Shown: positions 38,800 through 52,092 of the stretch, piece by piece
Layout of the letters: each line of letters starts with the position of its first letter
Numbering within the stretch: the stretch's first letter is position 1
DNA from: Eledone cirrhosa
Taxonomy: Eukaryota
Assembly (NCBI GenBank): GCA_964016885.1
Contig: OZ024759.1
Location: 29,884,001 to 29,948,000 of the forward strand
Direction: 5' to 3'
DNA: 64,000 nucleotides
Notes under the pieces: model-generated
What the model was told of the DNA's origin: nothing
Seen by the model: the letters and a program-made list of their open reading frames with translations, nothing else
The model's database searches: none
Made by a program: the position numbers and the translations under genes

Positions 38800-39125
38800 G
38801 ACGGAGAAAGAGGAGGAAGTGAGAAGTGGGAGGAGAGGAGCAGAGAAGTAGGGGAGGAGGAGGAGAGAAGTCAGGGGGAGGAGGAGGAGAGGAGAAGTGG
38901 GGGGAGGAGGATGAGAGAAGTAGGAGGAGAAGAGAAGTAGGAGGAGGAAGAGAGAAGTAGGAGGAGAGGAGAAGTAGGAGGAGAGGAAGAGAGAAGTAGG
39001 AGGAGAGAAGAGAAGTAGGGGGAGGAGGAAGAGAGAAGTAGGAGGAGAGAAGAGAAGTAGGAGGAGGAGGAAGAGAGAAGTAGGAGGAGAGAAGAGAAGT
39101 AGGAGGAGGAGGAAAGAGAAGTAGG
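38800..39125. repeat. GA-rich minisatellite
   Basis: aggaggagagaagagaagt units. Confidence 0.85.
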
Positions 39126-39129
39126 GGAG

Positions 39130-39310
39130 TGACAGTATCGGTAGAGAGTCGGACTCCATGCTTTACAGCACAGAGTTGCAGCCGTTTATGGTCTGAATTC
39201 AAATCCAGCCAAGGTTAACTTTGCCTTTCATCCTTACGGGGTCGATAAAATAAAGTACCAGTAATGCACTGGGTAATTGCTGGCCTTGTGCCAAAAGTAG
39301 AAACAATTAT
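39130..39310 (+). mobile_element. octopod-type tRNA SINE
   Basis: Matches the consensus. Confidence 0.85.
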
Positions 39311-39317
39311 ATATATA

Positions 39318-39415
39318 CAGGGTGTCCTCCAAAAATGTATACATACGTTGATTACCTGTACGGGCAATATTTATTAGAATGTTGTTGTAGTGTATACATT
39401 GTTGGGGACACCTTG
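39318..39415. mobile_element. 98-bp Tc1/mariner MITE
   Basis: TA|CAGGGTGTCCTCCAAAAATGTATACA ... TGTATACATTGTTGGGGACACCTTG|TA. Confidence 0.8.
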
Positions 39416-39447
<32 letters not shown>

Positions 39448-39584
39448 AAATGTTATGTAATTTTATACATTAAATATATATAGCTGTGTATGTGTGTGTA
39501 AACATGTATGTATATGATTGTGTATAAGTGTGTGTCTGTGTATATAGGTACTGTATATATAATAGATTCGTTGGATGTTCAATG

Positions 39585-39962
39585 TAAGTGTGAGAGAAAG
39601 ACAGAGCTTAGACAAGATGAGAGAGAAGCTGGGTTTAAGTGATATCCGAGGTGTTGTGCAAGAGAGAAGACTGCGTTGTTACGGACATGTGATGTGCACG
39701 GACATGTGATGTGCACGGACATGTGATGTGCACGGACAATGACCGCTTGGTGAAGAAGTGCTCAGAAACCTTAGAGGAAACAATCCGCCGTAGATGTAGA
39801 CAAAGAAAGATCTGGACTGAGGTAGTGAGAGCTGACATCAAATCGCTGAGACTCAGAGAGGAGATAACGAACGAACGCGGTGAGTGGAGATATGCTGTGT
39901 TGAGAAGGACCCGCCCAACCCATGCAAGTGTGGAAAAACAAACGTATAAACGATTATGATGA
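39585..39962 (+). mobile_element. RTE-type LINE 3' fragment with internal 17-bp triplication
   Basis: LQERRLRCYGHVM...LVKKC...RQRKIWTEVVRADI; cggacatgtgatgtgca x3. Confidence 0.75.
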
Positions 39963-40644
39963 TCATTAATCGGTACTCTACCTATGAAAAGCTATGGTTT
40001 AACGTCTTATAAGAAAACGATCGTCAGCCTCTTGGTCGTAGTCGAGAGGATCTTATAGAAAATTACGATAAAAGGTTTCGAGATAAATATATGCAGCCTT
40101 GTATCATTAGAACCAGAAGTGAATTCAAGCCGTTTGGTATCAAACTGGATTAAAGGGTTTACTGACAGTAAACGTGTGGACAGTAAAAGAATACACGTAT
40201 TGAAAAAAACATAAAGAAACAAGCAAATAAAATAACATTTACCGGAAAGTATCAGCCATATTGGAAAAAAAAAAAAAAAATTGTAACAAACGACGAAATA
40301 ATTATATGGAATAATGACTGGGCAAATCCGGAAAATACTAAAAATCTGCAGCAAAGCCTGCAAGCAAAAGCATCGGACGTGGAAACAATATAGAAAAAAC
40401 TATATAAAAAGAAATAAAATAATAAAAAGTAAAAATATATTTTGGATAAAATAGACATTTCTTAAACTGTGGAAAAATATTAAAAATAAATATATAGAAA
40501 CTAGAAAAAGAAAAAGTGGTCGACAGTTTCTTCCAAACGTATCATGTTTTTACAAGTATTTCCGTCCCTTTAAAATAGCTGCCATGTAATCTATGATGAG
40601 GTCGAACGAGGCCAATGAGGTAATAATAATAATAATAATAATAA

Positions 40645-40815
40645 TGATTTCTACTTTTGGCACAAGGCCAGCAATTATTCCAGTGTATTACTGGTACTTT
40701 ATTTTATCGACCCCGTAAGGATGAAAGGCAAAGCTAACCTCGGCGGGATTTGAACTCAGACCATAAACAGCCGTAACTCTCTGCTGCAAAGCATGGCGTC
40801 CGACCCTCTACCGAT
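40645..40815 (-). mobile_element. octopod-type tRNA SINE
   Basis: Reverse complement of the consensus. Confidence 0.85.
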
Positions 40816-41644
40816 GCTGTCACTCCCCAGCCATATAATAATAATAATAATAATGTTACTGATGTTGATGATGATGATGATCATCATTATCATGATGAGT
40901 TTCCTTGGACAACGTTGATAAGTATACTTCTCCACTTGTCCCAATCCAACATAGCTACCACAAGTTCCTTCTTTCTACGCTTCGTGTTTTTACAAACACC
41001 CACCAGAAAGGTAGCATAAAGCCGACATCTTGTTCACCTACCATATGCGGGTTCCCATGGCAGTAACTGGTGTAATGCCCCTGCCTGACCTCGTCCTCAT
41101 ACGTGACGTATGAGTCCTTGTCTTCTAGCCTTTATGAAGTCTGTCATTAGTCTCAGGTCGTCGTATAGAGACACGTTTGTTCTGTGCTCCCCCAAGATAC
41201 ATTTATTAGTCTTGTATATCTGCCATCTAACCGTCTGTTCATCTCTTTTGTGAGGGTTGAGCACTCCACTCCATACACAAACACACTTTCAATTGTTGGT
41301 CAAAAGAACTTAATATTTAGTTTCGCGTTCAAGTTTGATTTCCAAATGATATATTTTGTTTGCAACTGTCCAGGTTAAGTTAATTCCAGTGCTCATGTCT
41401 TTTTCTGGGCCGTTGATCCACGAATCAAGACACTTTAAAACCCTCAACACTTTTTAGGTAATTTCCATTTTGTGCCACAATCCAACAAAACACTTCATTT
41501 TACATTGCTCCAGTATACTCAGCTGAAAATGAGTAACAGCAGCTATAGTGTGTGTGTGTGTGTGTGACAGCTCAAACCTATGCAGGTTTAGCTGGCCTCC
41601 TCTAAGGTATATGTCGTTGGAGGTGTCTTGGGTAATTTAATGAT

Positions 41645-41960
41645 AGGGACTCCAGTCCTATCATCTCATTTCTACAGCTGAGTAAATTGGAGCAACGTGA
41701 AATAAAGTATCTTGCTCAAGGAAACAACACATCACCCGGTCCGAGAATTGAACTCACAATCTTTCAATTGCAAGCCCAACGCTCTAACCACTAAGCCATG
41801 CGCATTCACAGCAGCTACAGCTGGGGAGTTTAACTCTGCGATGGACTGGCATCCTATCCAGGAAGGAGTATTGTACTCTCAATCACTTCACGCCACGAAA
41901 CCGGGATAATCACCGAGATTACGAGCCTCCTGGCTTGAGACAGTCTTTAGACTTAGACAC
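41645..41960. mobile_element. second SINE family head (minus) plus tail piece (plus)
   Basis: Shared core; gcgatggactggcatcctatccagg. Confidence 0.7.
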
Positions 41961-42056
41961 AATATCACTCGCTTTCTGATTGTATGTAATATATTCCGTC
42001 TTCTTCACCTTTATGTGAAGTCCAGTTGTTTCAGTAACCCGTTCCACCCTATTTAA

Positions 42057-42332
42057 CCCTTTAGCATTTACATTATCCTATATATACTATTGTATTTTCA
42101 CAGTAAAGGCTTTACCTCACATAATATCTCACATAACATTTACATTATCCTATATATACTATTGTATTTTCACAGTAAAGGCTTTATCTTAGATAATTAG
42201 CTCACATCGAATCTACTAGATTTTGATATTATTTATTTTGAGAACAATACCTTAACATCAGCATAAGTGGCTGGTTACAGCCGGTTTGAACAGAAAGAGA
42301 TGAGATATACGGCCGGTTTAAATTCTAAAGGG
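42057..42332. mobile_element. piggyBac-like MITE
   Basis: TTAA|CCCTTTAGCATTTA ... TAAATTCTAAAGGG|TTAA; a second copy lies in the opposite orientation at 63033-63250. Confidence 0.8.
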
Positions 42333-42432
42333 TTAACAATAGCTGTGCTTTTTCTCAGGTGTCTGATAAGAGTGTGATATCAATTGTTAAATCAACATCA
42401 GTTATTGTTATTTCAGGGTATCAATTGCTATA

Positions 42433-43535
42433 TCGAGGATGTCATGTGAATCCTGTTTGATGTGCATGAAATGTAGCTTGTCTCATTACAGAGTCGAGGA
42501 TGTCATGTGAATCCTGTTTGATGTACATGAAATGTAGCTTGTCTCATTACACAGTCGAGGATGTCATGTGAATCCTGTTTGATGTACATGAAATGTAGCT
42601 TGTCTCATTACACAGTCGAGGATGTCATGTGAATCCTGTTTGATGTACATGAAATGTAGCTTGTCTCATTACACAGCCGAGGATGTCATGTGAATCCTGT
42701 TTGATGTACATGAAATGTAGCTTGTCTCATTACAGAGTCGAGGATGTCATGTGAATCCTGTTTGATGTACATGAAATGTAGCTTGTCTCATTACAGAGTC
42801 GAGGATGTCATGTGAATCCTGTTTGATGTGCATGAAATGTAGCTTGTCTCATTACAGAGTCGAGGATGTCATGTGAATCCTGTTTGATGTACATGAAATG
42901 TAGCTTGTCTCATTACAGAGTCGAGGATGTCATGTGAATCCTGTTTGATGTGCATGAAATGTAGCTTGTCTCATTACAGAGTCGAGGATGTCATGTGAAT
43001 CCTGTTTGATGTGCATGAAATGTAGCTTGTCTCATTGCACAGTCGAGGATGTCATGTGAATCCTGTTTGATGTGCATGAAATGTAGCGTGTCTCATTACA
43101 CAGTCGAGGATGTCATGTGAATCCTGTTTGATGTGCATGAAATGTAGCTTGTCTCATTACACAGTCGAGGATGTCATGTGAATCCTGTTTGATGTGCATG
43201 AAATGTAGCTTGTCTCATTACATAGTCGAGGATGTCATGTGAATCCTGTTTGATGTACATGAAATGTAGCTTGTCTCATTACATAGTCGAGGATGTCATG
43301 TGAATCCTGTTTGATGTGCATGAAATGTAGCTTGTCTCATTACATAGTCGAGGATGGCATGTGAATCCTGTTTGATGTACATGAAATGTAGCTTGTCTCA
43401 TTACACAGTCGAGGATGTCATGTGAATCCTGTTTGATGTACATGAAATGTAGCTTGTCTCATTACACAGTCGAGGATGTCATGTGAATCCTGTTTGATGT
43501 ACATGAAATGTAGCTTGTCTCATTACACAGTCGAG
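42433..43535. repeat. 61-bp minisatellite, 18 copies
   Basis: tcgaggatgtcatgtgaatcctgtttgatgt(a/g)catgaaatgtagcttgtctcattaca(c/g/t)ag. Confidence 0.95.
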
Positions 43536-44559
43536 TGTTAATATAAAGAAGAACGGAACTAATCTATACTAAAAGTTCGTTTAAGCTAGATTTTTAACAT
43601 ATTTCTGTTTGAATAGGTAGACACCATTTGAACATATTTTTTAACTTTTAAAAGAGCCTAGAGTGATTGTTTGGCATCATCTGTGGTTAACAGCTGGGGA
43701 AGCGACCTTCTTTTGTAACGAAACAATTTATACATTGCTCTTTCGTTTAAATAATATGAATGACATTTCCTTGTCAAAACTCACATTTACAGCTGTGATA
43801 TGTAGTTTGTTTTTGCTCAATAAACTAATCGAAAATCATTCTTAAAATTGTAGGCTTTAGTTAGTTAGCTGTGATCTCTCAATTCAGAGAAGTAGCTGTT
43901 CTACATAGAGTGACTCTCTGATCTCCAAGCTACACATTCTATCGAGTAACGTTACTCGAAACACCCTTCGGAGGAACCCCATTTCGGCCGCATGTATTCT
44001 GAAAACATGTCCGTAATATCGGAACTGTGATCTCTCAATTCGTAGAGGTAGCAGCTCTACAAGGGGTGACTCTCAGGAATAAGTGAGCGAAAAAGATCAA
44101 GAAATGGACTAGAAAAGATTTCGTAACCCCCAGTCCTTTCTCTGGATAGAAATAGAAAGAAGAGGTAGTACAGTGCCTTCCCTGTAATAGAGCCACGACT
44201 CTGGAGTGTCAAGGGTAACGTGAAGGTAAGATAAACGCTGGAAGGAGTGTTTGAGGACTCTTCCCCTGCGACCCTCTCGGGAATTAGTGGGAGAATAAGA
44301 GAGGAACGTGAAGATATGATGATGTTTGTGCATTTACAAGTTATGTGATCCTACGTTATTTACGAAAGAATTAACGAAAGAATTAAAGAATGAAGAAATC
44401 AATACACCCTTGACGGGTGTAATGTGTCCGAACACGGAAGTGCCGAACTCCCACTATCATCTCCCCCATCTCTCTCACACTCCCCCATCCCTCTGTATGG
44501 TGAGCAAATGGGGTCTCACATGCTGAATCTATAAACAGACACATTAACTGCTTAATGAA

Positions 44560-44812
44560 CACAACCACAAGGATATGATCCGAACGTGGAAGAGTCGAAC
44601 TCCCACTGTCACCGCTTCTATCTCTCTCGCCCTCCCCATCTTTCCGTACGGTGAGCAAATGGGGTCCAACGTGCTGCCTCCCCACAGCCCCGGCGGACAG
44701 AAAGTGTCTTTCGCGTAAATACAACGTACCACACGACCCGATACAAGAAACAAACTCCTGACCTTACGATCCTAAGTCAAACACACTAACCATTAGGCCA
44801 GACGCCGCCACT
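44560..44812 (-). mobile_element. tRNA-derived SINE (third subtype)
   Basis: Minus head ggcgtctggcctaatggttagtgtgtttgac; tail shared with 44430-44520 and 63450-63540. Confidence 0.6.
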
Positions 44813-44832
44813 GTTTCACTGGTGTGGTATCT

Positions 44833-45245
44833 ATCTAGGGCGGGTAAAATTTCCGAGATCCATGGACAACTTCTCTCCAGCGGTCTCCGTCCCTCATCAT
44901 CGCTGCCATGTCCTGCGTCTCCAAGAAACCAGTGTCTATCCTTAGGACATCAACATATGTCAACCTCGGTCTTCCTCTTCTAGTGTATCCATGCAGGCTC
45001 CCACAGGACCACCGAATGCAGTGTCAATTCTGGATGTCGGTGAGCATGTCCAGCTAACCTCAATCTCCTCTGTGTTACTTTTGAGATAACTTTTGGGAGG
45101 CTCCCGTACAGATCTGAGTTCTTCATCCTCAGTGTATACTGATTAATGTTCAGAGCCATCCTCAACATTCTCGTGTAGCACCCATCCACCATCTGAGTGA
45201 GTTTCTTGGTCAGTGTCCAAGTCTCAGACTCCACTACAGCAACGA
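44833..45245 (-). mobile_element. RTE/RTE-X LINE 3' fragment
   Basis: SETWTLTKKLTQMVDGCYTRMLRMALNI...RRLRLAGHAHRHPE...VVLWEP; same 3' end as 23124-23600. Confidence 0.85.
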
Positions 45246-45258
45246 AGAGATTTGGTTT

Positions 45259-46104
45259 GGAAGGCCACCCTTAGTCCAACACACTAACCACTAAGCCACA
45301 CGCCGTCACCGTTTCACTGATGAGGTATGGAAGGCCATCCTTAGTCCAACACACTAACCACTAAGCCACACGCCGTCACCGTTTCACTAATGAGGTATGG
45401 AAGGCCATCCTTAGTCCAACACACTAACCACTAAGCCACACGCCGTCACCGTTTCACTAATGAGGTATGGAAGGCCATCCTTAGTCCAACACACTAACCA
45501 CTAAGAGAGACGCTGTCGCCGTTTCACTGATGTGGTATGGAAAGCTATCCTTAGTCAAACACACTAACCACTAAGCCAGACGCCATCACTGATGTGGTAT
45601 GGAAGGCCATCCTTAATCAAACACACTAACCACTAAGCCAGACGCCGTCACTGATGTGATATGGAAGGCCATCCTTAATCAAACACACTAACCACTAAGC
45701 CAGACGCCGTCACTGATGTGGTATGGAAGGCCTTCCTTAATCAAACACACTAACCACTAAGCCAGACGTCGTCACTGATGTGGTATGGAAGGCCATCCTT
45801 AATCAAACACACTAACCACTAAGCTAGACGCCGTCACTGATGTGGTATGGAAGGCCATCCTTAATCAAACACACTAACCACTAAGCCAGACGTCGTCACT
45901 GATGTGGTATGGAAGGCCATCCTTAATCAAACACACTAACCACTAAGCCAGACGCCGTCACTGATGTGGTATGGAAGGCCATCCTTAATCAAACACACTA
46001 ACCACTAAGCCAGACGCCGTCACTGATGTGGTATGGAAGGCCATCCTTAATCAAACACACTAACCACTAAGCCAGACGCCGTCACTGATGTGGTATGGAA
46101 GGCC
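45259..46104. repeat. minisatellite of SINE-head origin, 4x70 bp + 9x62 bp
   Basis: ggaaggccatcctta(g/a)tc(c/a)aacacactaaccactaagccagacgccgtcactgatgtggtat. Confidence 0.92.
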
Positions 46105-46209
46105 GTTTTACGAGGATTAGTCAGATGTTCAATGAAGCAGAAAGAGAACGTGCAGTAAAGATACCAATGAGCTGTGAACAATCAGAAATGAAGGTTAGTT
46201 GTAACTGCA

Positions 46210-48000
46210 GTCTCTCTCTCTATCTCTCCCCTTCTCTCTCTCACCCTCTCTCTCTTATCTTACTCTCTGTCCCCCCCTCTCTCTCTACAACACTGTCTCA
46301 GACACACACACTCTTACTCTCTCACACTATCTTATTCACTCTCCCCCTCTCTCTGTGTGTCTCAGTTACACACACACTCTCTCCCTCTTTCACTGTCTCT
46401 CTCCTCCTCTCCTCCTCTGTTGTCTGTTTGTCTCTCCTTCTCTCTCTCTCTCTCACATACACACACACACTCTCTCTCTTGCCTTCCTTCGCTCTCTCTC
46501 ACCCTATATCACTCTCTCATATATACATTCTCTCTCTGTCTCTCTCATTCTCTCCCTCTTTCTCCTGGCCTCTCTCTCTATGCCCCCTCTCTCTCTTACA
46601 CACATTCTCTCTCTCTCTTCTCCTTCCCCTCTCTCTGCTTCCCTCTCAACCGTTTATCGAGTGCGAAACCCGTTCAACTGTGTTGAAATAATGTACCCTC
46701 TAACTTTGTCTGATTACAGTTGCGGCGGCTGGTAAGAGGGGTGGTGGTGGTGGTAGTAGTAGAGGAGGGGGTGGTGGTGATGGTGGTAGTAGTAGAGGAG
46801 GGGGTGGTGGTGGTGGTGGTAGTAGTAGAGGAGGGGTGGTGGTGGTGGTGGTGGTAGTAGTAGAGGAGGGGGTGGTGGTGATGGTGGTAGCAGTAGAGGA
46901 GGGGGTGGTGGTGGTGGTGGTAGTAGTAGAGGAGGGGGTGGTGGTGGTGGTGGTAGTAGTAGAGGAGGGGGTGGTGGTGGTGGTGGTAGTAGTAGAGGAG
47001 GGGGTGGTGGTGGTGGTGGTAGTAGTAGAGGAGGGGTGGTGGTGGTGGTGGTAGTAGTAGAGGAGGGGGTGGTGGTGGTGGTGGTGGTAGTAGTAGAGGA
47101 GGGGGTGGTGGTGGTGGTGGTAGTAGTAGAGGAGGGGTGGTGGTGGTGGTGGTAGTAGTAGAGGAGGTGGTGGTGGTGGTAGTAGTAGAGGAGGGGGTGG
47201 TGGTGGTGGTAGTGGAGGAGGGGGTGGTGGTGGTGGTAGTAGTAGAGGAGGGGTGGGGGTAGTGAGGGGGGTAGTAGTAGAGGAGGGGGTGGTGGTGGTA
47301 GTAGTAGAGGAGGGGGTGGTGGTGGTAGTAGTAGAGGAGGGGGTGGTGGTGGTAGTAGTAGAGGAGGGGGTGGTGGTGGTGGTAGTAGTAGTAGAGGAGG
47401 GGTGGTGGTGGTGGTGGTAGTAGTAGAGGAGGGGTGGTGGTGGTAGTAGTAGAGGAGGGGGTGGTGGTGGTAGTAGTAGAGGAGGGGTGGTGGTGGTGGT
47501 GGTGGTAGTAGAGGAGGAGGTGTTGGTGTTGGTGGTATAGGTGATGGTGGTGGCGCAATTGTGGTATTGGTAGTTAATTGGTGGTGGGCTAGTGGTGGTA
47601 GTAGTGGTGCTGGTAGTTGTAGAGGAGGGGGTGGTGGTGGCGGTGGTGGTGATAGTAGTAGAGGAGGAGGTGTTGGTGTTGGTGGTATAGATGATGGTGG
47701 TACTGGTGGTGGTATATGTGGTGGTGGCGCAGTTATGGTATTGGTAGTTAATTGGTGGTGTGCTAGTGGTGGTAGTAGTGGTGCTGGTAGTTGTAGAAGT
47801 GGTGGTGGTGGTGCTGCTGCTGATGCTGGTAGTAGTAGAGGAGATTATGGTGATGGTGGTGGTAGTAGTGGTGCTGGTAGTATTAGAGGTGGTGGTGGAG
47901 GTGGTGGTGGTGGTGGTGGTGGTGGTGGTAGTATTGGAAGTGGTAATGATAATGCTGATAGTATTAGTATAGATGTGTGGTAGTGGAGGTGGTAGTGGTA
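46210..48000. repeat. (CT)-rich tract followed by (GGT/AGT/GAG)n compound microsatellite
   Basis: Direct reading. Confidence 0.9.
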
Positions 48001-48482
48001 ATCGAAATGTTAATTGTTGTGCTGTTGCCTTGGTGAAGTGATTCTCGGGGAGATTCAGTATGGCAGTTTTCTTCAACTGAATTTCACTCACATGTATCCA
48101 CACATACTCACACATTGATGTATAATATATATATATATATATACTAAACATTTTTTCTAAACACGTGACATGTATGTGTAAATAGATTACATGCCAACAC
48201 AAGAGCAAGAATGAGGGGTTCATTCTACTGACAAGGCTTTAAAATTGAGGCTTGTTTGCATAATTGCAAACGAATCGAATATTATTATTAATATTCGAAA
48301 AACTTAGATTACATTTATTGTATTCAGCCATGTAGAGCGAACATTTTTTAATTTTTTTATATAGTTCGGAATATCAGAAAACAAAAAGAAACGGACAAAA
48401 CGCAGGTGTAAATGTTACAAATATTATTAGTTTCATTCTTAGTGAGAGTGGGGCGTGTGGATATCTCACTCTCTCTCTATAT

Positions 48483-48895
48483 ATAGTGAAAGAGTGAAGA
48501 ATAACATGGTCTACAGTACAAACAGGGTTTTATTTACAGTATTAGCAATTGTTTCATTGATTAAGTTGTCTAAAAATCGATTTGGTTAAGCATACATTGT
48601 ATTTAAAATTGATGACACAACTTCAAGTGATTAGCAATTTTTAGACAACTTAATCAATGAAACAATTGTTAATGCTGTAAATAAAACCCTTTTTGTACTG
48701 TTGACCATGTTATTCTTTACTCTTTCACTATTATGACTCCAAGATTAACCTGCATAGGATCTCCCAAGAACTCATAAAGTCGCTGCCTAAGGAAACCTCT
48801 TGTTGAGTCAAACAACGCCGTACGCTAAAACTATCCACAATACGGAGTATTCCCAACCTCTAACTGGATTATCTATAACGACAATTTGTTATCCC
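48483..48895 (+). mobile_element. short PLE-end element with inverted arm (48483-48576 vs 48637-48731) and tail
   Basis: Inverted repeat; GAAACAATTGTT; TA flanks. Confidence 0.65.
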
Positions 48896-48907
48896 ATATA
48901 TATATAT

Positions 48908-49090
48908 ATTCTCTTTTATTCAGGCGAATACGCGAGTCCTGTTGTTCTGGTGTTTCACCTGTTTATTACAGAGTCATCAGATAAGAACATAGAAATGAAT
49001 ACCATAACTCTACTTCGGTGTTGAGTACTCCTTCCTCTCAGCCGTCAACGACAAACAGGCGATTTTATTTATTATGCTTAAAACATAGTC
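48908..49090. mobile_element. short PLE-end element: hammerhead core on minus (48952-48980), tail hairpin on plus
   Basis: Minus CTGATGA-C-TCTG..CAGG-T-GAAAC; plus ACTC-TAC-TTCG-GTG-TT-GAGT. Confidence 0.6.
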
Positions 49091-49639
49091 TGTTATGCGC
49101 CAAACTAGACAAGCCCCAGCAGATAAATATTGCCATATCCTGCTATACACTAGAAACAGGAAAAGCGCCGATAGTTTATATATATATACACACAGACATA
49201 TATATATACAAACATATATATATATATTTATTTATTTGCCACAGAATATGTTTAGTGAGGCCCATATGGAAGTTTTATCAAGATGTTTTACCTATGTTTT
49301 ATAAAACTAGCAGGAAAACCACCCTTTGGGTGGTTTCTACTAGCATGTGGAGTGTGTATATTGATATTATACGCAGGTATATATACATGAAGATATGATA
49401 CATCAAATAAAATCGTGATTGACAATATACACAGAAATTGAACGAAGACTGCGTTACACTGTCTTATGTAATCAGTAACGTAATCCATGATATATATATA
49501 TGGTAGTTGAAGTGGTGGTGGTGGCGACGATATACCGGAAGTGCAACTTTGAAAGGAAGTCAATTTTAAATTATTTATTTTTACAAAATTATTTTTGTTT
49601 ACGAAATTGAGTAGGTAAATTATGTAATATTCGTCCATT

Positions 49640-49795
49640 ACGCGGATTGGCAGTATTGGTAGATGGTCTGACGCCATGCTTTTCAGCATAGAGTTACGGC
49701 CCTTTATGATCTGAGTTCAAATCCCGCCGAGGTTAACTTTGCCTTCATCCTTACGGGGTCGATAAAATGAGGTCGCCAAAAGTAGGAACAATTAT
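49640..49795 (+). mobile_element. octopod-type tRNA SINE, internally deleted
   Basis: Matches the consensus. Confidence 0.8.
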
Positions 49796-50012
49796 TTATT
49801 CAAAGTAATCCAACTTATTTTACAAACGGGATAAAAAATAATAAACTGTACACAATCCCGCAGACCTTCCTTTATTATAGTTTAGATTCCATTTGCTATC
49901 TATTAAGAGAATATTTATATATATATATACCCACGCACATCTCTCTCTCTCCCTATATATATATATATATAAACACACACACATCTATCTATCTTTATAT
50001 ATATATATCACA

Positions 50013-50170
50013 TAAGAAACGGAGAATCAGTGGTGCGACGAATTAAAAATTTTAATTCGTCGCACCACTGATTCTCCGTTTCTTAATTGATATTATACTC
50101 TGCTCTGTAAGAGCATCGAGTGCTCAAACGGCCTAGCGCACATGGACGCTTTAAGCATCCCACACCAATT
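50013..50170 (+). mobile_element. short element: 73-bp near-perfect palindrome plus tail hairpin
   Basis: taagaaacggagaatcagtggtgcgacgaattaaaa-a-ttttaattcgtcgcaccactgattctccgtttctta. Confidence 0.6.
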
Positions 50171-50215
50171 ATATATATATATATAGTTATGTAATAAACA
50201 ACATAAGATAATTAA

Positions 50216-50277
50216 TTCATTTACCAGTGGTTTCTTGAGGATATATATTTATATCTGTCTTCAGTCATCAGAAAGAA
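50216..50277 (-). ncRNA. minimal hammerhead ribozyme
   Basis: TTCTTT-CTGATGA-...-GAAAC-CACTG-GTA-AATGAA. Confidence 0.65.
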
Positions 50278-50732
50278 TAGTAAGATATATATATATATAT
50301 ATATTCATATATTTCTATACTGTCTTAGTAATGTTGGTTCTTACCATTATGTTCACACACACACACATGCATGCATAGATACATACATACATACATACAT
50401 TTCCGTAATATTGCTTCTTACCATTCTGTCTACGCCCTCTAAGAAAGTACGAAAATACTACACGAAAAAAGTAAAATAGATACAAAACAAATAAAAAAGA
50501 AAACGTCAAAACACAAAATAAAACATTCAAGTCAAACAACAATAACAATAATAATAATAATAATCGAACAAATAAATCAGATTGAAAGTTCAACAGTGAA
50601 AAAGGAATCATATCGTCGTATAAAGAATATTACAGGAGAAACAAGATCGATCATTCTTTTGTTTTTATTTGTATGTGTTTTTGTAAAATAACAAGAAATA
50701 TATGTATTTCTTGTTATTTTATTGTTTTACTG

Positions 50733-50795
<63 letters not shown>

Positions 50796-50840
50796 CATAT
50801 ATAATCCTAGATATGTATATGTACATACAGACTATATATA

Positions 50841-50878
<38 letters not shown>

Positions 50879-50932
50879 AAAATCTGAGAAGAATTGAGTG
50901 CTGCGTGGTTGCACACGGGTTACATATGAAAA

Positions 50933-51176
50933 AAATTAGTCCTTCATCAGTGATTTTCCAACCTTCATTGGTATTTCATCGCTTTGAAAATCATATACCT
51001 CCAGTTGGTGCGAGCAATAGCTAAATAAAGACTAATTTTTTCCATATATATATATATATATATATATATATGGAAAAAATGAGTCTTTATTTAGCTATTG
51101 CTCGCACCAACTGGAGGTATATGATTTTCAAAGCGATGAAATACCAATGAAGGTTGGAAAATCACTGATGAAGGAC

Positions 51177-51183
<7 letters not shown>
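50933..51183. repeat. about 110-bp near-perfect inverted repeat centred on (TA)n
   Basis: Arms 50933-51043 and 51072-51183; the outer ends carry CTGATGAAGGACTA. Confidence 0.85.
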
Positions 51184-51241
<58 letters not shown>

Positions 51242-51242
51242 T

Positions 51243-51491
51243 AATAATAATAAATGTGAAGACTAAAATCCCGTGAAGGGTGAAAGCAGTGATTCTTTGC
51301 TTAAACTTTAATCTGTTATTTTAATATATATATATATATAGTTTTAATATAGATGAGATTCTACAGGACTAGAACTGTTTCATTCTTTAGAAATCATCAT
51401 ATTAAATCTATATTAAAACTTTTATACTCTGCTATGTATTGAGTACCTTACTTACTGTGGTTACCTCCGATTCAACCCGGAATAACGTACG

Positions 51492-51492
<1 letters not shown>
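51243..51492. mobile_element. two adjacent short PLE-end elements (families D and C) separated by (TA)n
   Basis: Homologous to 53430-53665 and 60491-60683. Confidence 0.7.
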
Positions 51493-51526
<34 letters not shown>

Positions 51527-51714
51527 GCAGAGAGACAGAGAGAGTGAAATAAGGGGAAAACACAAACAGGGGATATTTCCCATCGTCAATTGTCTGCTGG
51601 ATATATATATATATATATATGTATGTATATATATATATATATATATATATAAATGTTTGTGTATATGTTGTGAATCTTTGTTAAGTTAGAGACGAGACGA
51701 TCCCAGATAATGTC

Positions 51715-52092
51715 ATAGGCATAGAGTTACGGCCCTTTACGGTCTGAGTTCAAATCCAGTCGAGGTTAACTTTGCCTTTCATCTTTACGGGGTTGATAGA
51801 GTAACGCACCAGTAACGTACTGGGGTCGATTTAATCGACTTTTTCCTCCCACCAAATTACTGGCCTTGTGCCTATACTGGAAATCATTATATATATATAT
51901 ATATGAAGGGCGTGGATTGGCAGTATCAGTAGAGGGTCGGACGCCATGCTTTCCAGCATAGTTACGTCCCTTTACGATCTGAGTTCAAATCCCGCCGAGG
52001 TTGACTTTGCCTTTCATCCTTACGGGGTCGATAAAACAAAGTACCAGTAATGCACTGGGTAATTTGCTGTCCTTGTGCCAAACGTAGAAACT
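51715..52092 (+). mobile_element. two octopod-type tRNA SINEs
   Basis: Matches the consensus. Confidence 0.85.

Noticed and set aside
40010-40152. Coding-looking frame ENDRQPLGRSREDLIENYDKRFRDKYMQPC...
   Set aside because: Short, no recognisable homology and weak splice context.
45314-45330. CTGATGAG in the minisatellite as a hammerhead
   Set aside because: No downstream GAAA or stem II on the same strand; most units read CTGATGTG.
46674-48223. Pro/Thr/His-rich 294-507-aa ORFs resembling mucins or extensins
   Set aside because: Compound microsatellite open in multiple frames.
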